64,000 bases of DNA from a virus (lineage: Duplodnaviria; Heunggongvirae; Uroviricota; Caudoviricetes): IMG/VR virus record IMGVR_UViG_3300042286_000208, positions 70,287 to 134,286 of that record, one strand, 5' to 3'. A program made the translations under genes and the position numbers. Every line of letters begins with the position of its first letter. Position 1 is the stretch's first letter. The notes under the pieces are model-generated. The model was not told where the DNA came from and ran no database searches. It was given only the letters and a program-made list of their open reading frames with translations. Positions 29,646 through 40,402 of the stretch are shown in pieces.

Positions 29646-29722
29646 GGACCCTTAGCTCAGTTGGTCAGAGCTCCCGGCTCATAACCGGGTGGTCGAAGGT
29701 TCGAGCCCTTCAGGGTCCACCA
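29646..29722 (+). tRNA. tRNA with anticodon CAT (Met, fMet or Ile2), CCA encoded
   Basis: Acceptor stem ggaccct/agggtcc, D-arm agctcagttggtcagagc, anticodon stem cccgg/ccggg with loop ctCATaa, T-arm gaagg-ttcgagc-ccttc, discriminator a, CCA. Confidence 0.85.
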
Positions 29723-30175
29723 TGAATAATATCAATAATCCTGTAGCCGTACACTACAGAGGACACGTTGCCTGACTAGCGTCCACAGGTTAGCAAGTAT
29801 AAGAGGATGTAGGGCTGGAGCGCATAAGTAGGCCACTTTGTTAGTCGCTCAAAACGGAAGATATCGGGTTTTACCCTAGAGCTCTTCGAGTATAAGAAAC
29901 GTAGATTGTTGGTATTATTGATGGTATTATTAATCATCAAGGTTTTAATCCTGGTCTATCAGGTTAAAATAAGGCGAATAGCCTTCATAGCGTGCACCTC
30001 CTCTAAATATAGCCGCCACAATAAATAGAATGAGTGGTGGCTAACTTATTAAAATCAAATATGTTAAATAGAACCGTTACTTACTTCATTCTTACAGTAA
30101 AAGGATCAGGTGTTGCTGGGAAACCAGTAACCTGAAATATTAGTACGGTCAATATAATAAAAAGACTAGTTAATA
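29723..30175 (-). ncRNA. GC-richer structured non-coding region (3' part of the intron-like element, or an independent RNA)
   Basis: No ORF over 57 aa on either strand even allowing TGA; about 42% GC versus about 28% in neighbours; many short stems. Confidence 0.35.
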
Positions 30176-31099
30176 CTAGTCTTTTTTTATTTCTTTTTTT
30201 AGAATGTTTTCTATGTTTTTAAATTCTGTATATGGTATTCTGATAAGTTTTATATTATTATCTTTACAATATTTTGTTTTTATAGAGTCTTTTATTTTTT
30301 GTTTTTTTAGTTTATTAATTGCTTTTTTTTCATCATTAAACACCCATGGTTTATAATGTTGCATTCCATCATATTCTATACATGTGTTACTTTTAGGTAA
30401 ATAAAAATCAAATCTTAAAAGCTCTTTATTCTTACATTCATCAAATGTATATTCTTCTATATAAGATATATGTTTACTTTCTAAATATGATTTTACTTTT
30501 AACTCACCTTTAGAATTCCTACAAGAGGGACATCCCCCACCACGTAAATGATTGTCTGGAGTTGTATTTCAGGGACCGTGTTTACTACATATTATTTTAA
30601 CTTTTGTCCGAGCGTTTATATAATCAACTTTTGAATAGTCATATTTATTTCCATGAATTTTAATAGCTTTTTCTACAAATTCATCAGTAGATGGTTTTTT
30701 AACATTAGAACATTCAGGACAACCATGTCCTCCTAAGTGTGAATTTGGAGATTGAAGAAAATCACCATGCTCATTACATGTAATTATTACTTTTTCTACT
30801 GCTTTTTTGTATATTGTTTTAGAGTAATCATATTTATTATTATGTATAATATTAGATTTTTCTATAAAATCATTTGTGTTTAATGTTCTTTTTTTAGATC
30901 TAGATTTTAAACTACATTTAGGACAGCCATGACCCTTTAAATGAACTGATGCTCTTTGATAAAACTCTCCATGTTCTGGGCAAATAATCAATATTTCTTT
31001 ATGATATGTTGTTATTTCAGATTTAGAATAGTCATACTTATCATTGTGTATTTCTTTAAATTTGTTGATATAAAAAGAGGTATCATGTTTTTTTGGCAT
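30176..31099 (-). CDS. homing-endonuclease-like protein: three tandem Cys-His zinc-ribbon repeats plus C-terminal Vsr/DUF559-like PD-(D/E)XK nuclease; in-frame TGA at 30569
   Basis: Repeat NKYDYSK-x-Y...IIC.EHG.F...HL.GHGCP.CS occurs three times; C-terminal LRFDFYLPKSNTCIEYDGMQHY fits DUF559/Vsr core; RBS aaaggagg; listed ORFs 30569-31099 and 30176-30364 join across TGA. Confidence 0.55.
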
Positions 31100-31269
31100 A
31101 TAATACCTCCTTTCATCTAGCTGTTATCTTTGTTATCTCTTATTTCTCCTATTTTTCGACCTAATTCAATTAGTAATTTGTTTGTGAACATTAAATAAAA
31201 TATATCCCGATATTATTGAACAGGTTCTCACACCCGTCTGATTTATACTAAAGATAAACCATTTCTTAT

Positions 31270-31499
31270 ACTTTCATATAAGCGTAGACTATATCATCAT
31301 CTCTTTCGAGAGCAGCTTACTTCGGGAAATGAGATTTCTTTCCCTACTCCCTTACGGGATAGTCGTTGGGGCTGGAACTTAGAAAGATCCCTGCCTGCTG
31401 ATTGCCCAATCTCTCAACTTTTCAAACCATGGCTTCGACTCACGTCTCGCAGTGGTATGAGAGCTCTAAGGGGTTTCCAGCATATCAAGCTGTTTTAAC
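31270..31499 (-). ncRNA. group I intron-like catalytic core (P4/P7 elements) on the minus strand
   Basis: Minus-strand CAACGACUAU (plus 31359-31368) matches R element GUUCAACGACUA; GAUAUAGUC (plus 31287-31295) matches S element AAGAUAUAGUCC; the GACUA/UAGUC halves pair as P7; CAAUCAGCAGG (plus 31390-31404) resembles Q element AAUCCGCAGC. Confidence 0.5.
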
Positions 31500-34400
31500 C
31501 TATAATCTCACAATTATAGGGCACTGTTTTAATCGTCAATGCGTCATTCTGGAAAACACACCGGTAGGTGTTAACACAGATTCAATTTCTTCATTAGGTC
31601 TATATTCAGAGTATGGGGCTTCTTTATCATCTAAAACATTAGATATTACACCCTTTAAAGCAGTATCATAACTTAATTTATCACCGATACCAAGAGGAAC
31701 GTTTGATTGAATATAATATTTAATCATTACGCCTTCATAACCTTCGCCATCTTCTTTTGCAGTTAAGCTCTGTTTCTCAGGTCGTTTTTGTTTTAGAAGG
31801 TATGAATTATTTTCCCCAACAAATTTCAATTTCTTTTCATATTTTCCACCGAAATCATTTATTAATTTTACAAGTGAAGGGTTTAAGTCTTCCTTATCAA
31901 CATTATAGAACACTTCTATTTCTTTAATTACCCCGTGGTAGTTAGGATATTTTGTAGATGATGGAAGAATATCTTCAACATCACCATATTTATCTGTGAA
32001 GCTATTTGTTAAGAATCCTTCAATACTGTTATCACCGAAATCGTCATATTCTATAACAGGAGTCGTTTCGTCAACATGATCGCCTATTTTGCTCATACTC
32101 TTAATCTTAGTTGTAGGTGTTAATCTTACCATTTCTGCAATTACAACTCTACTCATGCTCTTCTTACTTAGATTTTTGGTTATTATGGTACTATCTTCGA
32201 AAGAGTTATCTATAGGCGCAATTGCCATTTTAGCTAAGGTACCAACAAGCAACTCAACTTTTCCGTCATCAAATGCCTTAAAGAATACATCATTATAGGC
32301 GATGATATCGTCTTTTTTAAACATGTCTTTTTCTCTTAGTCTCATAATCAGCTTATTAGGTGTGTAGAACGCATTGGCGGAGTTTCTTATAAATGTAGTT
32401 GATAGATCGATGAAATCTTTGGTTCCATCTAAATACTCTAATTCAACTATGTTTGTATCCCTGTTAAAGGTTTTTACAACACCATCTTTTTTTGCTTTAA
32501 ATATGAAATCACTACTTAGAAGGCCTGGAACCACTTGTTCAGCTCCTGTGCTCCATAGTCTAACAGAACCTTTATTAAGAGGCATGTTATGTTTAAATTG
32601 TCCAATTGTCATGGATTGTCTTGATGCATCAGCATGTCTTGATAAGAATGGAGAAAGTAATTCGGAAGCAGATAACATTCTAGTATCTGGTGTATTTTCA
32701 ATGTCTTCTATCTCAGAAATATAACCTCTGATACCTTTAATATGTGGTTGATATGTAAGAGATCTGGTAATACCTGATGATCCACCAAAAGCAGTAGCAC
32801 CAGCAGAATATACAGAAAGTTTATTATTATTAAACTCACGCGTAGCTTGTGAGAATGATGCAGCTTTTTCAAGACCCATGAACCCTTTTTGAGAGGTTCT
32901 GGAATATGTCTCAAGTTCCAACACAGGACTTAATGCAGAATAAGTATTTACAGAAGATATCTTAAGAAGATTGAATATAACAGCATTTTCATTTACATCA
33001 AATGTGTTTCTAGTATTCCCTCTAAGATATCCATTCAGATAATCAATATAGGATTTTATTAGTATTTGATTTAGCATACCTGCTATTTGTTCATAGTTTC
33101 GTAATCTGTAGTTTAATACATTACCAAGCTGTCTATAGCTATTATCTGCTAAAAGAGTATTACAATATAATAGTAAATCTAGAATATTACTTGGTATTTT
33201 TTGTTCGTGTAGTATTTCTTGAGTTATCGGATCGACTAAAACGTTTAGTGTTATCTTCATTGTGTTCTTAAAGTGGGTTTTAGTAGATGTAGATATTTTT
33301 TTAATTAAACCTATTCATTCATCATAAGGTTCTGATGTATTGAAGGAACTTAGGTTAAAGTCATGAGGCTTAGCAAAATATAAACCATTCATAAGAACTT
33401 GATTTTCTATAGTTTCTTTGTAATATAGGTATACGTCTTTGAACTTAATTTCAACATATCCTGGTCTAGGATCTCTATCTTTTGATATTGTGTATGCTAT
33501 TTTATATCTATTCATTGTATTTTTCAAACCATATATCATACCAAGAATAAGAATTAGCGGATAATGAGACCCAGCTATTTTAACTTTACTATATCCCATC
33601 TTATTACCAGTATCAGGAAGATCCTCGAATCTTGTATCATAGATATCCCTATACAAGAATTCAGATAAAGTTTCACTGATAAGTGTGTCCGTCTTATAGT
33701 CTGTCGAGTATACTTTATGTTTGTAAATGAATAAAAGTCTATTGGATCCATCAATAAGTTTGTATCCTATTGGTATAAGATCTTCAGGATATTTCCAATA
33801 TTTTGTAGGAACATCGTTTAATTTTAATTCAGTTGAAATATCATCATAGTTAAAGTTTAATGAGTATCCATTTTTTTCTATAGAGTATATGTTTTTACAA
33901 ACTTCACTATATTCTATATTCTTGATGTTGTTTTCTGAATATGATATTAGATTATCCCCATATTTAACCTTTACTTTTGGATCATTCTTTTTGTTATCTA
34001 TTAGTTTTAATACTTGACTTATAGTTTTAGACAAATAACCCTTTTCTCTATCAATAAATAGAATAGAGTAGTTTGTTGTTATTTTGACTGAATCTGGTGC
34101 AGTTTTGGTCACTGGCAAGAAAGCTAATTGATTGTCTACTGTTCATCTGTTACCATTCAAATAAAGGAAATGATTGTCGATTATTTTTGGAATATTAACG
34201 CTGAATCTTATATCTTTATTAGTACCATTGATATTTACTGTGTAAGCCAAATTTAATTTATAGAGTTGATTGTTTGCATTTGAGGTATCCTCAAAATCAA
34301 TCTTCTTCATAGTTAAAGGTAGAATAGAGTTGTTAGATAAACTAGATGTTATATTAATTATATCATCTTTAAATTGTTTATCTATATATTCTTTTGAAAG

Positions 34401-35651
34401 TATTGCGATTGGGGTGTGTGATAATTCTTTTAGTCTTATATCATTAGCAGCTCTTTGATCTATTTGTTCTTCTATAGATGAGTATTTTTCTACATCTACT
34501 TCTGGTAATTTTTTGAATTCATTATATAGAATTTCCATTTCTTCAGCTACATTTTCTTCTGCCTTTAATATGTTTTGTGACTCTTTTTTCTTAAGACCAG
34601 CATATCTTGTAAGATTGGCCTTTATGGTTGGATCCTCTATCAGTTTATCAACTTCAATTTGACCACTGTCTTCTCTTCTCTTTATGTTCTCTACGATGGA
34701 TAAATATATATTGTCTTGTGGATCAGTATTCGGTTCCACTTCAACGTTTTTAATTTTATTCACTTCATAGAATTTTTTAACTACCTCTTCGAATTTAGTT
34801 TCTACAACAATATCTTTAGAATCAAGGGTTTTATCATTGATTGCATCTTCTTCGCTATACACTTCATCTTGTGAAAGAGGCTCTTGTCCTTTACCGCCAA
34901 GCTTGTATAACTTAAAAAGTCTTTGCATATGTTTGCTTTTTAGTTCATTTATGTCAATGTTATCTAGATCAAATTTAATCATAGAGTGAACTTTAGTGTT
35001 ATAAAAAACAACATATTTTATACCTCTGAAGAAGGCTTCTCTTGTTCCTTCGTCATAATTTCAAAAAGCTTTTGTTATTATTGTCGCAGGATCTACTAAG
35101 AATTCTGTATCACCAACAAAACTTCTTTTTCTTACAAGAATGTGGAAATTGTCTACAGACCCATCATAAGGAACAACCAATATATTGTTTAAATACCCTG
35201 CGTTTTCTATAGATTCTTTTAGCATAGTGAAAAGATATTGAGAGATATACTGTGTTGATCTTGGATTTTCTCCTCTTAATTTCTCTACTAATTCTATAGT
35301 CTGTCTTCACTCATTATTAAAATCATATATAAGGTTTTTATTGCTATATGCCAATATATTTTTACGACCTAAATTTATTTTCTTATTTGTTTTTGAGAAT
35401 ATGTCGTTATAATATTCTTTTAGAGGAATAACAACACGTCTTCTTTTCATAGGAGTAATTCTGAATGGTGTATAAATAGATTTGATATTAGCTCCTCTTA
35501 AAAGTTTAGAATTGATAACATCAATCATAGTTTGCTCTTTTAAGCTAGGTATTAAAATCAAATTGTCCTTATTTTTGTTTTGTGTTTCGAAAAATATAGT
35601 CGGATTCTTATAAACAAGACCATTTCTCGCTTTTGAAAGTTTTAAAATCAT
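31500..35651 (-). CDS. multisubunit RNAP beta subunit (second copy, N-terminal plus middle regions, about 1383 aa); 5 in-frame TGA
   Basis: Listed ORFs 35307, 34143, 33315 and 31536 are one frame joined by TGA at 35307, 35061, 34143, 33315 and 31536; motifs IPKIIDNHFLYLNGNR(W)TVDNQ ~ NGTERVIVSQL; DASRQSMTIGQFKHNMPL ~ NDANRALMGSNMQRQAVPL; APIDNSFEDSTII ~ NGYNFEDAI; IGDKLSYDTALKGVISNVL...VLTPTGVFSRMTH ~ GDKMAGRHGNKGVISKI...VLNPLGVPSRM; ends 12 codons later at TAG 31500 with no C-terminal 250 aa. Confidence 0.7.
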
Positions 35652-35672
35652 AGCCGTCACCTACCTATCTCT

Positions 35673-35688
35673 TATAATTAATTATTCA
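35673..35688 (-). promoter_or_regulatory. motif TGAATAATTAATTATA, copy 4 (minus strand), upstream of RNAP beta gene
   Basis: Reverse complement of plus-strand tataattaattattca; 22 nt before ATG 35651. Confidence 0.55.
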
Positions 35689-35719
35689 AAGGCAAAATTA
35701 CCAAAAGAAAGTATATTTA

Positions 35720-35731
35720 TATATATTATAA
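35720..35731 (+). promoter_or_regulatory. class-2 motif TATATATTATAA upstream of 35783
   Basis: One of about 10 intergenic copies of TTATATATTAT(A/T)A, each 45-90 nt before a start codon. Confidence 0.4.
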
Positions 35732-35782
35732 TACTGTAATGAATGATAAGCAATCAAAAAATATGAAGAGGAGAATTAAAAA

Positions 35783-36268
35783 ATGTCAAAAATCATGCTT
35801 AAAAAAGTGTTTATTAATCCGAAAGAAAACTACAGTTTAGTTGATGAATCAAATCCTAACCTTTTCAGAGATGATGAAGGAAATGGATATCTCAATCTAA
35901 ATAATGGAAGTATCAACTTTCAAAAACTTGTTTCCACTTTCATGGTGGATGATCCAAAAGCTGTAAGTCCTATTTGGTACAAAAAGCTCAAGGAATTGGG
36001 CATTAATATCCCTCAGGACGCTGTTGAATTAGAAGTTGAATCTATTGATGAAGAAGAGTATTCTTACAGAGTGAAAGATGGATCTTTTGTAAAAGTTCCT
36101 GCTGAAAAAGTTTTCACTAGTAATGATGGTTTTGTTGCTCTAATTGATGGTATTATCAAGAAACTAAACAAGAGAACTATCAAGAAATACAGTATTTCTG
36201 GTGTCAATGTAGGTAGCGAATACTTCTACAACAAATTACTCGGATTAGAACAAAAAACAAAGAAATAG
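35783..36268 (+). CDS. hypothetical protein
   Basis: 161-aa ORF with RBS gaggagaa. Confidence 0.45.
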   Translation: MSKIMLKKVFINPKENYSLVDESNPNLFRDDEGNGYLNLNNGSINFQKLVSTFMVDDPKAVSPIWYKKLKELGINIPQDAVELEVESIDEEEYSYRVKDGSFVKVPAEKVFTSNDGFVALIDGIIKKLNKRTIKKYSISGVNVGSEYFYNKLLGLEQKTKK

Positions 36269-36274
36269 AAATTG

Positions 36275-36300
36275 GATGGTTATATACCATTCTTTTTTTG
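36275..36300 (+). terminator. terminator hairpin plus T7 tract
   Basis: ggatggtt-atat-accattc followed by tttttttg. Confidence 0.5.
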
Positions 36301-36312
36301 TCTGTTTTTCAT

Positions 36313-36328
36313 TGAATAATTAATTATA
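36313..36328 (+). promoter_or_regulatory. motif TGAATAATTAATTATA, copy 5
   Basis: Exact 16-mer 31 nt before ATG 36360. Confidence 0.55.
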
Positions 36329-36359
36329 ACGGAAATTGCTGAAAGAGGGGTGACTTATC

Positions 36360-39314
36360 ATGAAATATAGATTACCTGGTATTTATCTTGGAAATATATC
36401 TATGGATTTATTCATGGAATATATGTCTAATGAAGAATTGAGCAATCAGACAATCACTAATGATTATTATCAAACAAATAATAGAACTCAAAATGTTAAA
36501 GTATTTAAAGTAGAATTCACTTATAATTCAGTGGATTATAATTTTTATACTTATAATATTCTTGATACAGTAAATATTAGAGAAATAATAAGAACTTATT
36601 TTAGAGATATAATTAGTGACACGCCAGACTATGATCAAAATGTAGATGCTATAACTTTTACAGTTCAGACTGCTGATTTTATAGAGAATCCTGTTTTGTT
36701 CGACACACTGGGACAACCATCTATTTATAGTACTTATATGATAAACGACATCGGTGAATATAAATATATGATATCTGTTGAAGGTGAGTTGAATGAAGAC
36801 CTTAACAATTACACCGATCTAAAACAATATGTTGACTCTTCAGAACTAGAATTAGTTCCTGTAAATATATATGATCTCAGATACGCAACAAAAGATTTAA
36901 TAACAACACTTTACGTTGATAAAGATGTTTTTAACGAATCATCTGTTAATTTAATGGAGTTCGTGCTAGATGTTAACGAAGAAATTCAAGAGGTAAAGGA
37001 AAACGTTCTTTATTTTGGTCGAAAAAGTCTACTTAACTACATAGGGGCTGACGGCCTATTTTATTTTAAAGATAAGTTGGGAGGACTTACGAAGTCTCCT
37101 TATAAAAATGTGATGATGTGGGATATCGAAAATAATAGGAATCTACTAGATCAATCAATACAAATAAAGATGCTCTCTCCTGAAAATTCTAGAAATTTCA
37201 GTGGCATCACTGGTGTTGTAAGAACACAGACGGAAAATAACGATAAAGTAGAATTAAACTTTACTAAATATGATAAGTATAGTATAACTAAACAATTTAA
37301 AGAGGTATCTAGCATACCTGGTGGCGAAGAGGATATTAGATTTGAAGATATTGAGCCAAAAATAATAAATACTATAGAGAATGCAGTAAACCAAACACAT
37401 GTTTTTAATGAAAAAAGCATGATAGTATATACTGATTTAGTAAATACATCAACCCTACCCAAATTTAAAGCTATATATAATTGAAATGTTAATGGTGATA
37501 AGAAATACTATATTTTTGATACAATAAGAGGTAGAGTTCCAGAGTTTAGAAATACCGAATTGGATTCTGATAGTCCCACTTTATGTTTATTAGATGTGTA
37601 CCCAAATCCAAAAATTAAAGTAGAATCAATTGGTTCTAGTAAAAATCATAGATTGATTTATGATGTGCACTATGATTCAGAAAGATATGAACATTTTGTT
37701 TTTAGAACTGTCGTTTTTGATAATAAAACATATTACATAAAACTAGCTGATAGTGAAAATGAATTGACTGGTTATATAATAATGACATCCAACACACCAA
37801 ATGCGACTTATACAACATCAGAAGATTTAATTAATGATTTTTCTTTTTCGGAAATGGGTTTAAATGTTGGTTTGAATGACGTTTATCCCCTTTCTTATGA
37901 CAAGATAAATGGTATTGATACCGTTGTAAAATGAGGGCTGGATATTCAGATAACTCCCGAAGAAAAATTCTCAACAGAACTTAAAAAAATAGAAAACGGT
38001 TCAAATGAGATGTTCTATACATTTATGGATCAAAGCACTCTGGATGGAAAGTTATATTTTAAATTCCCTGTAAAACTAGATATTAATAGTACAGAAAAAA
38101 TAGATAACGTCATGGTTACTATGAGAGCAAAAAAGGTAATATCAGCCAATGATTATGAGTTTGAATCATCTGGCTATTGAACAACAACTTTTACAAGTGA
38201 CTATCTTATAACAATACCCGTGTTCTCAGAGTATAACACAGAAGATACGAAACCATACAATAATATATCTCAACATCTAACTCTGAATAATTTTGAGTGA
38301 GTCGTCTCTGATGAAAATTATTCCAAAAAGTACTATGTTATAAACAAATATGACCAAAGCAAAATATATGAGGTTACTGAAATATTAAGTCATGAAAATT
38401 CTCCTCTGAACCCTTATCCTTACAACAACACATTTTCCAAAATAAACAGCAAACTGAGCACAGGCATAAACGAAAACAACACAAATGAATTTGTTGCGAG
38501 ATTAGGTACTAGCATAACAGTAGATGATCGCGGTGAATTGGTTAACTCTGATATAATGGGAACTGACTTAATAGAAGCACTAACGGATGACTTCAAGAGG
38601 GGCTTCAATAATATATTTTACGGAATAGGAAATTATACCTATAACTACACCCTAGATGAACTAGATGATAAACAAAAGACAAGTTTCCTAAGAGATTCTT
38701 TGGTAAATTTTGATAGTTTGAATAAAATGTTAACAGCTTTCCTGAGATATAATTTCATATCTACAAACGATTATCTATATACAATAGATAAAGACTTTAG
38801 AATGGGATTCTTTACTAAAAAAGAAGACAGAGGAATAAGCTCAAACAATATATTCACAAATTGATTAGCTGCAGTTCCTTTGGGGGAAGTTGACGCTGAT
38901 AACTTCAATACATTACAAAAGATTAAAGAGTACGAAAAATTAACATCAGATGAAGATATATCTAAAAGAGAGAGAATTAACTGAATCAAAAATCACCTAC
39001 TTTACAGCAGAGATAAAAATACAACAACAGGATATGCTTTACAAAGAACAAAAACAACAAATCTAAAAGATATTAACAATAAAGACACGGTTGAACAAGC
39101 ATTTTCAATGTTGATGGATCAGAGATATAATGTGACTAAAGTTATTGGATCTTTTTCGAACACAAACATAAGCAATCTTGTTATAATGGATACAAAAGAG
39201 AAGGATCTTTTTTCAGGATCTCATGAACAAGTAAGATTTATTAACTCAAACCAGAAAATAGACGTCATGGTAAACACTTATTTGGATGGTTTTGTTAAAA
39301 AGGTAGGTGAGTAA
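36360..39314 (+). CDS. large hypothetical protein (984 aa, 6 in-frame TGA); candidate virion structural protein
   Basis: Listed ORFs 36360, 37560, 38538 and 39108 share frame 0; junctions re-translated with TGA at 37482, 37932, 38178, 38298, 38862 and 38982 and no TAA/TAG. Confidence 0.5.
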
Positions 39315-39591
39315 TATGATCAATGATGCACAAACAAACAATACACAAACTGTTGATATCAGTAGTATGATAAGTAATATTGAAACAAAATTATCTGAAA
39401 ATAAAGATATATATCAAATATTAAGATCATCTGAGATAAAGACAAACATTTCTTATATTTTAAACGTAATAAATCAGGGAGCATATTCTTATGTCCTTGA
39501 TATCAACGACTTCATTAGAAATAATATAAGGGATGCTTCATTTCTTAAAAAGACACTAATAGAGAAAATTCAGTCGAATATGGGTGATTAA
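39307..39591 (+). CDS. hypothetical protein
   Basis: 94-aa ORF overlapping upstream stop. Confidence 0.4.
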   Translation: MSNMINDAQTNNTQTVDISSMISNIETKLSENKDIYQILRSSEIKTNISYILNVINQGAYSYVLDINDFIRNNIRDASFLKKTLIEKIQSNMGD

Positions 39592-40243
39592 AATGTTATT
39601 GACAATTTTAGTACAGACGATCAATTCTGTAATAAACGATATAGAGCCGGCAGATGTTAGGGTAACAACAGGATGTTTGCTATATTCATATCTAAACAAC
39701 CAACCAAACAAAGTCGACCTAAGAAACAAAGCATTATCTTTTAAAGACTACTATTATTCTCAGTGTATTGATAAAAAAATAAATAACAGAACAATAGGTT
39801 TTATTAGCATAGAGAACCTAATCAGAAACAAAAAAATAAACAGTCTGAACGACTTATCTATTTCAGATTATGAATCCATATTAAAATCATACAATAACAC
39901 TGATCTAGAGTTAAAGTTTGATCCAAAAAATATGGATCCGAAAACATATGGCAAAATATCATTTAGTAGTAATTTAGAAAGATCTAAGTTTTCTGTTCTT
40001 CATAATGAGTACCTAAAACCGATATCTTTATATTACAATAATAAATACTCTATACCATATAGCAATCTAAGAATAGTGAGTATATCAGAAACAGTAGTAC
40101 CTGCTAGAGAAATAACTTTCTTTATATCTGATTATCCTTCGGATAGAATAGTTCAAGATATAAAGCAAGGATTAATATTATTTAAGAAAAATCCTAGTGT
40201 AATTAGACTAACACCAGACTCTTTTGTGTATATGATAATTTAA
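39584..40243 (+). CDS. hypothetical protein
   Basis: 219-aa ORF. Confidence 0.45.
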   Translation: MIKMLLTILVQTINSVINDIEPADVRVTTGCLLYSYLNNQPNKVDLRNKALSFKDYYYSQCIDKKINNRTIGFISIENLIRNKKINSLNDLSISDYESILKSYNNTDLELKFDPKNMDPKTYGKISFSSNLERSKFSVLHNEYLKPISLYYNNKYSIPYSNLRIVSISETVVPAREITFFISDYPSDRIVQDIKQGLILFKKNPSVIRLTPDSFVYMII

Positions 40244-40402
40244 ATATATTTATATATTATTAAGTCGAACGGAATAGAATTTTTTTCGTATTAAAAGACT
40301 GAGGCATATTAATGTCTTCGTCTTTTTATGCACAAAAACTAGGAGGATGTGAATAATGAGATTAGATTTAGATAAAAAGATAAAAGAATTGGAGATGATA
40401 TA

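Noticed and set aside
29646-30175. tmRNA or a group I intron interrupting the tRNA gene
   Set aside because: The tRNA is intact with a normal anticodon loop and CCA. No tmRNA-like tRNA-like-domain ends (GGGG...CCACCA with a tag ORF) were found.
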